A DNA stretch of 64,000 nt from Blastocladiella emersonii ATCC 22665 (taxonomy: Eukaryota > Fungi > Blastocladiomycota), in contig JANHCV010000007.1 of the NCBI GenBank assembly GCA_025594325.1, forward strand, positions 682,001 to 746,000, written 5' to 3'. Both the position numbers and the translations under genes were made by a program. This document shows positions 9,849 to 20,922 of the stretch, piece by piece (the stretch's first letter is position 1; each line of letters opens with the position of its first letter). The notes under the pieces were generated by a model. The model saw only the letters and a list, made by a program, of their open reading frames with translations. It ran no database searches and was not told where the DNA came from.

Positions 9849-11075
9849 ATGGCCCACGGCGACGACGTGCTCTGCCTCGTCCAGGACGGCGACTGGCGGT
9901 CGGCCCGCGCCAAGTACCTGACGGCGGCGCTCGAGGCGATCCTCAGCGAGCCGCAGTCGCGCAACAGCATCCTGTCGCTCGCCGACAGCACCAAGCTCGG
10001 CTCGGGCAACATCATCAACAGCCACGGCAGTCTCGGCCGGCTCACCGCCGACGATCAGCCGTCCATCTCCTCCGCCAAGCCCACCTCCAGCACCACCGCC
10101 GACGGTCATGCCATCACGGCGCTGATCCTCGCGCCAACGTGGGAGCGCGCCATGGAGATCGAGGAGCAGTGGGAGGCCGTGGCGGGGCTGCACTTGATCC
10201 GCGGCGCCTCGTCGCGGTCGCTCGTCGTCGCCGTCTCGCCGTGTGGCAACCGCCTCAACGGGTCCACGACCGCCCTCAACGTAAGCGCGAGCGCGTGCGA
10301 CGACCTCAACTGCTCCGTGTGCGCGCCGGGCAACAAGCCGACGGCCGCTGACGCCGCGGACCCGGTGCACTGCAAGGAGAGCCTCGCGATCCGGCACCGC
10401 GCGCAGATGCTCGGGACCCCGATCTACGTCGTGGTCGCGACGCCCGGCCGCCTGCTGCGCATGCTCCAGCAGCAGCGCGACTGGGAGATCGGCGCCGTGG
10501 TCCAGTCCGCCAACACGCTCCTGGGCAACGCGCGGTGCGGCCCATTCCCGATCCGCATGCACGCCCTGCAGCTGCTCGTCGTCGAGTCGCTCAACGATAT
10601 CGTCGCCGACGGCGGCGCCCAGGTCCTCGCCGATGTCGCTGACTGGCTCCCGCAGGACCGCCGCTCCATGGTCCTCCTCAGCGGGACCGCGCCCGTCTCG
10701 CAGCAGCCCGCGTACGTCATGGGCTTGTGCAGTCTCCTCCTCGGCCCCGTGTGCGTGACGCGGCTCCCCGCGCTCGAGGACGACGAGCTCGACGCAGCCG
10801 TCGGCGGCAGCACGGCGCGCGCCCAGGTCCTGCTCCGCCGACTGCGCCGCCGCGTCCACGCTATCAGCGACCGCGTGTCCAAGCGCTGGTCCATGGCCGT
10901 CACGCGCGTCCTCGAGGACCGCGCGCGCGCGATCCGGCTGCACCGGTTGGTTGGGATGATCGTGTTCCTCGCGCTCGCAGGCGGCGCGGACCGGTGGATG
11001 CGCAAGCACCGCGGCCGCACGCTGATCGACTGGCTCCGCACCACGGTGATCCCGCGGATTGTGGCTGCCTTGTGA
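9849..11075 (+). CDS. DEAD-box-like protein with degenerate motifs, single RecA-like domain (possible in-frame intron 10281-10376)
   Basis: ALILAPTWERAMEI (Ia), VVVATPGRLL (Ib), LQLLVVESLND (motif II position), MVLLSGT (III); no GKT. Confidence 0.7.
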   Translation: MAHGDDVLCLVQDGDWRSARAKYLTAALEAILSEPQSRNSILSLADSTKLGSGNIINSHGSLGRLTADDQPSISSAKPTSSTTADGHAITALILAPTWERAMEIEEQWEAVAGLHLIRGASSRSLVVAVSPCGNRLNGSTTALNVSASACDDLNCSVCAPGNKPTAADAADPVHCKESLAIRHRAQMLGTPIYVVVATPGRLLRMLQQQRDWEIGAVVQSANTLLGNARCGPFPIRMHALQLLVVESLNDIVADGGAQVLADVADWLPQDRRSMVLLSGTAPVSQQPAYVMGLCSLLLGPVCVTRLPALEDDELDAAVGGSTARAQVLLRRLRRRVHAISDRVSKRWSMAVTRVLEDRARAIRLHRLVGMIVFLALAGGADRWMRKHRGRTLIDWLRTTVIPRIVAAL

Positions 11076-11231
11076 ACTATGATGAATAGAGTGATACCCG
11101 AGTGTCGAGATACCCACAAAGAAGCCCGTGTTGTTTTGCTCACTCAGCGTCAGGCGCCGCGTCGCGTGGAGGTGACTAGGCCACCACTCGTCGCCGCGCT
11201 TCTCCCGCTTGACGATCTGTACAGCACAAAA

Positions 11232-12201
11232 ATGGAGCCACACTTGATGCAATCAAATGAACATGATGATCCGGACGACGGTTTGACGTTGGCGAGCCTG
11301 CCAACCGAAGTGCTCCCCCCGTCGTTCAGCTCGCGCATCCACGACTTGCAATCTGTGTCGCCACCCGCGAGCTGTCAGGCGCGAATCAAGTCAAGTCTTC
11401 TTGGATCATCAAAATCCTAGCCCGCGGCATCGACAAGTCCCTCTTGGTTGACAACTTCACGTTCCCGCTCCTCGACACGGAAATCTATCTCGAGCAGAAC
11501 TTGGTCGGTCAAACCCGCCGTCACGCGATGCCAGATTCTTCGTTTTTTTCTCGCGTTAGCCGACATTCTTCTCGATCGGATCGCTAAGTGGTCCGAGACG
11601 GACCCAAACGCGATCGCCGACATCATGAGGTCGCAAAGCGGCAAGTACAATCGCCTAGTACTCCGCTCATGGGACTTGCCGCAGCGCGAACGCGCACATC
11701 TCGGGCAGGATGCAGGTCTTCTTTGCTCACATCTTTGGCTACAACGATCCCTTTCCTCCCGCGAGCTTGTCCGATCCGTGTGTGTGCTCGGGAACAGTCC
11801 AAGTCGTCGAACCCGTTAAGGAGCTCGCCCGACTCCTCGCGGCGGCCGACTTGGCCGTCGTTCTTGGCTACTTTGCGCCGGACGCCATGATTCCGTCGGG
11901 TTTCTGGACTCTCATCCCGGATGGTGCGGCCGACGCCTGCACTATCGCGTGGCTCGCCGAGATGGAGCACCGTTACACGCAGCGGTGCGACAATGCAGAC
12001 GAGGCGACCGAGGCGATTCGCGAGCTCCACCGCGTCGCGCCCAGGACCACGGCCTCGGCTGAATACGCCAAACGCATCGCAGGTTTCGCGCCCTTCATCA
12101 AGCCACTGCGATTCTGATCGCGATGCTTCTTTACAGAATGGACTCTTCCTTTGCAGCTGGGTCAGCTTGAGGGTCGAGGACGCGTTGCGCCGCTCACGTG
12201 A
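11232..12201 (+). pseudogene. F-box-like gene relic, copy A (about three frameshifts)
   Basis: LASLPTEVL followed, after a frameshift at a C6 run (~11315), by PPVVQLAHPRLAICVATRELSG...SSWIIKILAR; further frame changes near a T7 run (~11543) and ~11710; probable last intron 12082-12136 and last exon WTLPLQLGQLEGRGRVAPLT*. Confidence 0.45.
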
Positions 12202-12279
12202 GATATGAAACATATGATGTCCTCGTAGTTAACGCCCGGACGGCCGATGTTTCTAAGGTAAACCGTATTTCTATGTCTA
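12138..12279 (+). repeat. diverged dispersed repeat, copy A (partner at 16547-16687)
   Basis: Shares colinear blocks ATGGACT, AGGACGCG..GCGCCGCTCACGTGA, TGAAAC, GGTAAACCG, TCTATGTCTA with copy B at near-identical spacing. Confidence 0.75.
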
Positions 12280-12388
12280 GAAACTCATCAGAAACCGTGA
12301 AATCCGGAAGGTCCTCGCCGCCACAAGGCGTCTCGGAGTTCACAGCACCGACGAACAACAAAAGTGAGGGAACGAGGAAGAAACGAAT

Positions 12389-15164
12389 CTAGGGAGAGTT
12401 CGCGAACCACGCGCGAACCGCGGCGATGCGCGCGCCGAGCTTGCGGACCCACTGCGGCTTCTTGACACGCATCGGCTTGCCGTGCTCGCGTGGCATGGAC
12501 CGGATGAGCGACTCTTGGCCCACTGGGAGGAAGAGCCCGTGTCTACACGAGAGAAAGCGTGGGCGATCCGTCAATGCAGAGTTCGCGGTCAGCGTGGGAA
12601 GGAAACTTACCCGTGGACGGTCGAGTCGTACTCGGCCGGCGGCATCTGGCCGCGGAAACCCTTGTTTGGGCCGTACTCGCGTCGCTCCTGGGGCGAGGAT
12701 GCGACTGAGCCGACCTCGGCGACCTTGGACGAGGTAGCCGCCGAGGAGCTGAGTTCGCGCGATGGGGACGCGTCAAGTCAGTGACGGTATCCGAAACGAG
12801 GTCCGAATCGGCGGCGAGCGAACATACCTTGACTCGAGCTGCGCTGGCTCGACACGCGCGTCGACCTTGAGCGAGGCCGACTGGTAGTCGAGGTGCTCCT
12901 GGACCTGGACCGACTGCTGCTGCTGCTCCTGGACCGAGTCGCCGTCCTTGTCCTTGCTGCTGTCCCGCAGCAGCGAGGCGTCGGCCCCTGTAGGGAACCG
13001 CCGATGGAGCGGCGACGTCGCAATGCCGTCAACCGCAAGCGGCTCCGCTGCCAGATGACGACCGACGACGCACTGCTGCGGGACCGCGGCGATGATGGCC
13101 GTCGTCGTGTCACACGAACCGCCGTCTGGAACGGCGAGCTCGCACGACTCGACAACGTTCCTACGATAACAGGCAATGACGAGTCAGTTCTGCTCGAAGC
13201 ACGCGAGAAACGGAGAAGACGTACATCTCCTTGACTTCAGCAACGACGGCCGACGTGGCCGACACTGCGTCCGCCGCCGCCCCGCGCGCGAGAACCGAAG
13301 CCTCGCGACCTTGAGCGAAGGCGGCGTCGGCGAGTGCCGACCCGACCGCCTCGGCATCAGCTGCCTGACACGTGGGTGCAGAAGCCCCACAGACGTCGGC
13401 GAATGTGGCGTCAGCGTTGGCGGTCGTGTCGGTGGTGCTGGACGTCAGGTGGATCTCGGACGACTTGGTCTCGGTCTTGGGCATGCTGGCGGGAGCAGCG
13501 AGAGGCGCGGGGGCAATGAGCGAGCCCTCGCCGCGCGACAACGTGTGCTGCTCCTCCTCCTGCTTGTCGGTCTTGGTCTCGGCGGCGCGACGCTCGAGGT
13601 CGCTATCGTGATGAAGCGGTCAGCACCGCGTATTCATCATGGACCGAGCGCGAGAGGGCGTACCAGGGGATCTGGGCGACCTCGCCGGGGCACGACTTGG
13701 TCTCATGCACCGAGTGCACGGGAACCGTCGCAATCGACTCGGCGGCACTCGACGACTGCTGCATCTCGGACCCGAGCTGCACCACGCCGACCTCAACCGC
13801 GTCGACAATCGCGTTATCGAAGTCGCTACACGCTCACTCGGGTTAGCGAACTTTGATCAAGACGATCGAGCCGAGAAACGTACCGCGAGGCCTGCTTGAC
13901 CGCCTCGGGCGCGGGCTCGTCCACCTCGGGGATCGACTCCAGCCGGAGCTCAAACATGACGAGCTTGGCGGCCGTGTACTTGTTGGGCACCCACTCGCCA
14001 TCGGCGCAGATCTTGATCAGGCGCTTGAGGCTAATGCACGCGCGAGCACAGGGCGTCAGTGTCATGGTCGTTTCTGGTCGACGACGAAGATGACGTACCT
14101 CGATGGCTCGATGAAGTCTGCGACCTCCTCCATGAGCTCGGCAAGCGAGAGCGGGGCAAGGGCCACCGCCGCGGTCGCGGTGCAGTCGGCGACGGTGAGC
14201 GACTCGGGCTTGGCCTGCGCGTCGACGTTGGCGTCGTCGACAATCGGGAGCTCGAGTGGGCAGCTACAGGCTTGCTCGAGTCAGCGACCAAGGGTGTGGT
14301 TAGTTAGCTCGAGGAACGTACCTTAAAGACCCGCCATGCTCCTCGAGCTCCTCCTCCTCGAGGATTGAGGACAGCGTGGGAACCGTCACCTTGGAGCGCT
14401 TGGCGAGGGCGCGCGACTTGGGCTTGGACTGCGAGTCGACGTTGGCGTTGTCGACGATCGGGAGCTCGAGGAAGCTACACACGAGGATCGTCCAAGTCAG
14501 CGCACGTCCACGTGTGTGGCCGACCGAGAAATCGTACCTCGTAGCACTGGCCTGGACCACGTTCTCGAACGAGGTGTAGGTCGACTTGACGGCCTCGATG
14601 AGGCCCTCGGAGATCTCGGATGGGAACTCGGGGTCGAACGGCGCGATCTGTGCGATGGTGACGTCGGTGCGGGGCTCGTGCTTGGCGAGCGCCTCGTCGA
14701 GGAGGTCCGTCGAGCTGTTGTTGGCGAAGACGCCCGAGTCGGCGGCGAGGATGGCGGCCTTGCGGGTCGCCTCCGTGGCGGCGGCCGTGGTGGCGGTGAC
14801 GTTGAGGGCCGAATTGGCGACGGCGACATGGTTGCGCGGGAAGGTTGCGCGGATGGGCCTGGAAGACGTTGCATGGAGTCCATTAGTGATTCATCGTGGT
14901 GGGTGAGCGGATCGGGAGTGGTAGAGGTGGCGAGAGCGGCGACCGACGCGTGTGACCGCCACACGGAATGAGCGCGCTGCGCCACCATCCGAGAGCGACC
15001 ATCACCACCGCTGGTACGGCAACGGTGCCGCTCGACCGGATCGGGCGAGATGGGGTGAGAGAAGCGCGGACGTACTTCTTCGCGAGGAGGTGCGGTCCAG
15101 CCGGCGCGACGACCCCAACGCCGACGTGGCCGACAAAGATCTTGAGCCCGCGACGGAAGCCCAT
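12389..15164 (-). CDS. orphan ~679-aa Ser/Ala/Glu-rich protein, 10 exons, all introns phase 2
   Basis: GCCACCATGG start at 15164; exons 15164-15076, 14858-14538, 14474-14322, 14263-14099, 14030-13884, 13825-13664, 13602-13225, 13160-12828, 12748-12611, 12542-12389 sum to 2040 nt with no internal stop seen; donors GTACG/GTATG/GTAAG. First intron (217 nt) is the least certain. Confidence 0.75.
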
Positions 15165-15789
15165 GGTGGCGGATCCGTGGATGCCGGTGTTGGATGAGCC
15201 GCGTGAGGGCGATGTGGAGAACGGCGGGGAGGGCGTGCGCGCAGTCAGCGGCGAGTCGAGGTGCTCGGGTGTTGGTGGATCAGCTGCTGCAGGCGGATGA
15301 TAGATCGGGTCCGGGCGGGTCGTGTCCGAGGTAATGCACGAGTTCCTGCTGCTGCGGGTGCCGGTGGTCGCTGTTGGTTGGTCGAGGAACGATGGCGAGG
15401 ACGGACGAGTGTGGTATGCGATTGATCAGCTGCGAATGGCCGAGTCGAACTGCGCGGGCGGACAGGTTGGGTGAGAGAGCAAGTCAAGGAGAGGGGAGGG
15501 GAGCTGTTTTCAGTGTGCCGGCCAGCAGCAGCGCAGGCGGTCCAACTGGATCCGTCGGCCGGGCGAACCATCTGTCTCCCTCCTGATACCTCGCGATCCA
15601 GTCCGTTCCATCGCATCGCGTGACAATTCTGTCAACCCGAGCAAGTTACACGGGCAAGGTGGGCGACACGCGACGCGCGAGGCCACGCGCCATGGGAGGC
15701 TCGGCTGCCCCACCACGCAGATCCTCGCGGTGCGTCATCGTACGCGTGCGTGTCGCGACCAACCGTGGCCACCACGAGCTCGAGCAACA

Positions 15790-16610
15790 GGCTGGACGAT
15801 TTGTGATTGGAGCTGGTCAAGGCCATCGTCGAGATCCAACACAGCCAGGTCAAGTAGTACTCGACGTCTTGGCCGCGGTCGGACGCCGAATGACGCGGCC
15901 ACGAGCAACACGCTGCTCAACTCACTTGCACGCAAGCTGTCGGTTGTTCCGCAACAGGCACTGCACACGACGCGAGCTGGTCTCGGCCGCTCCGGGTCCT
16001 CCCTGCCGATTATCTTGACCATGGTAGCGAGGCGCACCCTCACGCCACGCCGTGTCCTCACGGTCGAGCAACAATCTTCTCGGAGCTCTTTCTTACGTGG
16101 TGACAGCATTCATAGCGCAAGTGCATGAGGTATTGCTTCTGATCTGTGCCAGTTGAAGGATAGCAAAGAGGTCTGGCGCTCACCCACGAGGCGAACTCGC
16201 ACAGCCAGCATGGGTCCACTGTGTCGTGCTCGATGACCACGCTCTCGCGTCGCGATGGTCGCGGTCAAACGGAAGTCCCCTTCAGGAACACTGCACCGTG
16301 GGCGACGGGATCTTCCGCCGATGGCCATGGGAATTCGCGTAGTCGCGTGGTGTGAGACGGGTTGCAACGGAATTGGGCGACGCGTTTTTGCGACGCGAAA
16401 AAAGTCGCGTTGTTCATGTCGGCTGAGTGAGGCGGAACGCGTTCGCGTCTCCCACTCCGCGTCCGCACCGCGACCAGCGCGTATTCCACGCAGAAGCACT
16501 CAAGAGGTTTGTGCAACTCCACTAAATGCCCTTTGATCACCTACCGATGGACTTGTTCCTCGCCAACGACACAGGTTGGACGTCAAGGACGCGCCGCGCC
16601 GCTCACGTGA
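15790..16610 (+). pseudogene. F-box-like gene relic, copy B (premature stops)
   Basis: LDDL*LELVKAIVEIQH (TGA 15804) resembles an F-box start; terminal frame WTCSSPTTQVGRQGRAAPLT* is the same length as copy A's last exon and shares WT, Q, GR and APLT*. Confidence 0.35.
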
Positions 16611-16687
16611 TACTTGAAACGGCTAGATTCTCCTCGCCGACTCCCGAATGATTACAGACCTCAGGGTAAACCGAACGTCTATGTCTA
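16547..16687 (+). repeat. diverged dispersed repeat, copy B (partner at 12138-12279)
   Basis: Same colinear blocks as copy A; 141 vs 142 nt. Confidence 0.75.
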
Positions 16688-16728
16688 TGAAGAGCGTGAA
16701 CGACAAAACTGCTTGAACCGCGACACGT

Positions 16729-17796
16729 TCAGGGTGTCAGCGGACGCACGCCCTCGCGCGCGGGCGTGACGCGCACGTCCCACGGAACGAGCGCGTACTC
16801 GGTCGACACGTTGGTCTGCATCGCGACCGCGGCATGATCCGCGCGAGCGAACACGAGCAGCAACTCTGTATCCGCACTCGCGTCCGCAGCGTCCACTGGT
16901 GGTGCGAACCGGACGACGCGCGCTCTTGTCCCGGGCCACGTCATCTCGAGGTCCGACTGCGAGAGCAACGGTGTTTCGGGATTCGCGGGGACCACCTTGA
17001 GAATGTGCGCGGGGGATGGCGGCGCGTTGGCGAGCGCGTGCGAGACGCCGGGCTTCTCGCGCGGGTGCGGGTTCGGGTTGAGCGTCTCGGCGGGCGCCAT
17101 GTACACCTGGAACGCGTTGAGCGACGGGTCCCAGCACCAGACGGCGACGAGCGTGCTGCCGTTCTGCGCCGGCGGTGGCGGGAAGACGGGGTCGAATTTG
17201 GGGATCAGGTCTTCGAGGCGGAGGCCCGGACTACACACCGGGATCAAGCTCGGCATCAGCACGGTGACGACGCGATAAGTTCGGAGCCACGCGTACATGA
17301 ACGATGCCAGCGACTTATACATGACCACGCGCTTGTGGCCGTACGCGCTCGCATTCGAGTTGGACGTGACGACGACGTGGTCGAGGCCAAAGTACTCGGC
17401 GACGCGGTGCGCGATGAGCCGGCGGTAGGCGTTGGCGGGCGGGAGGTCGAGCCGCGTGCGGTCGGGCGCCCGCAGGAACTCCTCGATCATGTCCTGCAGC
17501 TCGAGGACCAGCTCGCGGTCGACGGGGCTGAACAGGGCGGCGATCAGGAACCCGTCGATGGTCGGCACCGCCACAGCAGCGGATCCGGGGGCCGTATCAG
17601 GCAGGGATTGTTGAGGCACGGGCACCAGCGCTGGAGGCGAAGGTGAAGGTGAAGGTGAAGGTGGGGGTGGCGGTGTGGCTGAGCGCGAGGTCGCCACGGC
17701 CTCGTCCGACTCAGTGGTCGTCGTCGACCGCGAGCGCGGCGCGCGCGGCTTGCGCCGGCGCTTCGAGTTGCGGGGACTGAATGAAGTAGCTAACAT
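16729..17796 (-). CDS. R3H-domain RNA-binding protein with C-terminal RRM-like region (R3HCC1-like); intron 17231-17296
   Basis: R3H core LPPANAYRRLIAHRVAEYFGLDH preceded by LELQDMIEEFL; spliced IPGLRLEDLIP; C-terminal HILKVV...LLLVFARADHAAVAM resembles the R3HCC1 RRM-like segment. Confidence 0.75.
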   Translation of the reverse strand: MLATSFSPRNSKRRRKPRAPRSRSTTTTESDEAVATSRSATPPPPPSPSPSPSPPALVPVPQQSLPDTAPGSAAVAVPTIDGFLIAALFSPVDRELVLELQDMIEEFLRAPDRTRLDLPPANAYRRLIAHRVAEYFGLDHVVVTSNSNASAYGHKRVVMYKSLASFMYAWLRTYRVVTVLMPSLIPVCSPGLRLEDLIPKFDPVFPPPPAQNGSTLVAVWCWDPSLNAFQVYMAPAETLNPNPHPREKPGVSHALANAPPSPAHILKVVPANPETPLLSQSDLEMTWPGTRARVVRFAPPVDAADASADTELLLVFARADHAAVAMQTNVSTEYALVPWDVRVTPAREGVRPLTP

Positions 17797-18113
17797 GGAA
17801 TCGATGCAGTTCGTGCGAGAGAGGGAGGGGAGTGCGAAGGCGTTGCAACAGTTCACGGCAGAGCAACCGCGTGGGCGTCGAGGTGTGGCGAAGGCAGCCG
17901 CCGCCGCCGCCGCCGCCGCGTGGCCCGCGGGCCGGATGGGTCACGGATTCTGTCCCATGCGTCCCACCGTCACTTCCGCGCTGCTGCGACGTCGTCGAGC
18001 ACGTTTCATCCGCTCATGATACTTGAGCTGATGGGCCGCACGTGTTGGCGCGACGCGTCGCTCTCGCGCGTGTCGGGCAAGCCTCGCGGAGCGAGACACT
18101 TCATCCAACGAAT

Positions 18114-20922
18114 TTATTCCATCTCGCGCTGCACGGCCGCCACCATCTCGGTCCACGCCGTACACCGCCGCGCGTCGCTCTCGAGCGCCTCCCAGTCGGC
18201 CTCGGTGCCGCGCGCGCGGGCCCGTGCCTTGGCGTCCCGCACGACCAGCCGCACGACCGCGACCACTGCCGCGATAGGCACACCCTTGACCATGGCCGCG
18301 CGCACGAGCCGGGGCACGTTACCGTCGACGCGCAGCGCCGCAGCGTCACCGTCGAGCGGGATCCAGTGCACCGCCCACGCGGCGGGCGACGAGACGAACC
18401 GCGTCGCGAGGATCCGCGCGACATTTGCTGCCGCAGGCTCGGCGACAAGGTCGAGCGTCGCGGCGCGGACCCACAGCTTGTGCAGCGCCTCGATGCTCCA
18501 CAGGTCCTCGGCCGTTGCGGGCGCGGACGCCGAGAGATTACCGGGCTGCACGCCGTCGGCAGCAGGAGTGAAGAAGGACCGCAGCGGCGGCGCCTGCGTC
18601 GCGAGGATCGCCGCGTTCGTGAGTCCCGCGACGCTGTCCATGAGCGCCACGGCAAACCGGTCCCACGGTGACTCCGTCTTAGCGCTAAACCGCGCGGGCG
18701 ACAGGAGCCAGGGCAGGAGCAAAGCGTCGACGGGGCTCGCCGCCACCAACACGGGCGACGAGCGCGCGAGCGCGGACCACGGCGGCGGGAGTTGCGCGCA
18801 CGCGACGGTGATGGGGAGCGGAATCCACGCGGACGGGTCGATGGTGGTGAGCTCGCGCGCGACCATCTCGGCGAGGATCGCGAGATTGTCTCCCGTCGGC
18901 GCGATCGCCGAGGTCGCCGGGCACAGCACCTCCTCGAGCGTGTACGCGACGACGTGGAGCAGCCGCTCCGCCGTGTTGCCGAGGTGCGGCCACATGGTCG
19001 GCGGGAGCGGTTTGGGCCCGCACACGCGGAGCCGTACGACGCCGCGGTCGTGAACCGAGAGAAGCAGGGTCGGCGGGACGCCCGCCGCCTGCGTTTGCGT
19101 CGTCGAAGGAGTCGTTCCCGGCATCCCGCCCGCCGCCGCCGAAGATCCGCCGGACGTGACCGAACTGCCCGCAGTCGTCGCCGCGGCCGCGAACGCCGCC
19201 TCGCTCGGGTCGTCGCGCACGCGCGTCCACGCGAGCCACGTATCGTTGGGCAGCCGCCGGGCCTTCTTGAGCGTGTCCATGATGTGCGACACGGCGCGCC
19301 GCACGGCCGCGGGCTGGTACGCGTCGAGGTCATTGCCCGGCTGGCCCGATGCGAGCAGGCCCCACAGCGCCGGGAGCAGCCGCGAGTGCACCCACTTCTG
19401 CTTGACCAAGCACCAGTTGAACAGCGTGCGCGGCACCTCGTGCAGCTTGTCGCCCTTGCTCGCGGCAGCGGCGGCGACGGCGAGTGCAGCGGCCTTGGTC
19501 CCCTTGGCCGGTTTGCCGCTGGTGTTTGGCGGCGGACCGAGGACGGCGCGGACAATCCCGACGGCGTCCTTGTGTGCGTCGTCGCCGCCAAACTCGCCGA
19601 GCCGCGCCACGAGCTGCCGGTGGTACACGGACCCGGCGACGCGCCACGGCGCGGCAGCGAGGGCTGGCGTGATGGCGAGCGGCGCCGCCGCCGTCGTGGC
19701 GCGGAGGTGTGCGGCGAGCGCCGTCGCGTCGTCCAGCGGGACGAGGTCGCCGAGCAGCTCGAACCACACAATCGACGGCGCGACCGTGGGAGCCGAGTCG
19801 GCGGTCGCGGCGAGCAGGCGGATCGGTGCCACGTCGGGAGCCGTGGTATCGGTCGTAGTGGAAGAAGCGGCGCTGCTGGGGAGCGGGAAGATACCGAGCG
19901 AGTTGCGGTGGATCACGCCCGCGAGCCAGGCGTCGTACGCGGGCGGCGTCGGCGCGAGAAACGACCGGACGAGCGCGAGCCCGACGGCGAACCGCGTCAG
20001 GTCTCGCTGCTTGACGGCATCGACCAGGATCGAGTTGACGGCCGATTCCAGCGCCGTGCGGAGCGCATGGCCAGACTCGGCGAGGACGTGGATCACGGCA
20101 AACACGGAAAGCGGGCGCGGCGCATCGAGAACCCAGCGGGCCAGCGTCCGGGCATCCAGGACGCGCGCACCGAGCAGCCGGGCCGCGTTCGTGAGCACGG
20201 ACGTCGGGTCGGGCGCGAGCAGCGACCCACCCTGCGCGAGTCGAGCGCGGCGCTGCAGCCACCGCGGCGCGAGCGCGAGCAGCGAGCCGAGCTTGTCCTC
20301 GCCCGCCATCGCGTCCGCGAGGTTGAACTGGCGCTCGAGGTACGCGTGGAACGCGGCGAGCCCGAGGTCTGGCCGCGCACCGATGCGCTCCGACCACGCC
20401 GGGTGCGACCACACGGAAGCGGCCTGCTTGGACGTGACAGCGGCACCGGCGAGGTGAAGGACGAGCTCGCTCCCGAATCGGGTGCTCGCTGCGAGACCGC
20501 GGGGCGGGTCGTTGGACAGCGCGGCGAGATCAAAGAGGGCGCAGATGCCGGTCGTCTACGCGGCGAAACTGCGTCAGCAAGGGGGTCGACGAAAGCATAG
20601 TGAGACCGCGACGCACCCACTGCGAGTTGGACTGCTGCCAGAGCATGCACCACGCGACGTGGCACCGCGCGACGGCCTCCTCGCGACTCTCGCCGTCGTC
20701 ACCCGGCAGATGGCGCTCTAGGAACTGGACGAGCCGGTCGTGGTTCCACTGCTCGCCTCGCTGTGGCTGCTGCTGCTGCTGCAGGCGCTGCCTTGACTCG
20801 GTCAGGGTGCCGGCGAGACGGCGCCGCTTCCTCGGCGGCAACACGTTACTCGGCGGTTCCTCGGTGCATTGCCATAGGTGATGGAGCGTCCATAGCAGTT
20901 CTGGCGTGAGGGCATCGTTCAT
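18114..20922 (-). CDS. FANCA: Fanconi anemia complementation group A-like protein (exons 20922-20617, 20555-18114; ~915 aa)
   Basis: Ordered segments resembling human FANCA as recalled: LALVRSFLAPTPPAYDAWL; LGDLVPLDDATALAAHL; VPRTLFNWCLVKQKWVHSRLLPALW (cf. [25 protein letters not shown]); IMDTLKKARRLPNDTWLAW (cf. FIESLKRADKIPPSLYSTY); NLS-like PPRKRRRL near the N-terminus. Confidence 0.62.

Noticed and set aside
10281-10376. Cys-rich stretch in the DEAD-like protein as a zinc-finger insert
   Set aside because: Bounded by GTAAGC, a CTGAC branch and an AAG acceptor, 96 nt in frame; more likely an intron, so not claimed as a domain.
12241-12310. CTGATGAG on the minus strand next to a GTTTCTA/TAGAAAC hairpin (hammerhead ribozyme or C/D snoRNA candidate)
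   Set aside because: No GAAA after stem II and no stems I/III; no matching D box with a terminal stem; CTGATGAG is not conserved in the paralogous copy at 16547-16687.
12482-12784. Plus-strand 100-aa ORF (and 12198-12392)
   Set aside because: The first overlaps the last exons of the minus-strand 10-exon gene, whose splice signals are clear; the second lies in the repeat/UTR region and is not conserved in frame in copy B.
16377-16410. GCGACGCG x2 with ACGCGT/CGCGAAA (MCB/SCB/E2F-like sites)
   Set aside because: Lies inside a probable pseudogene with no clear downstream target; CGCG words are abundant in this genome.
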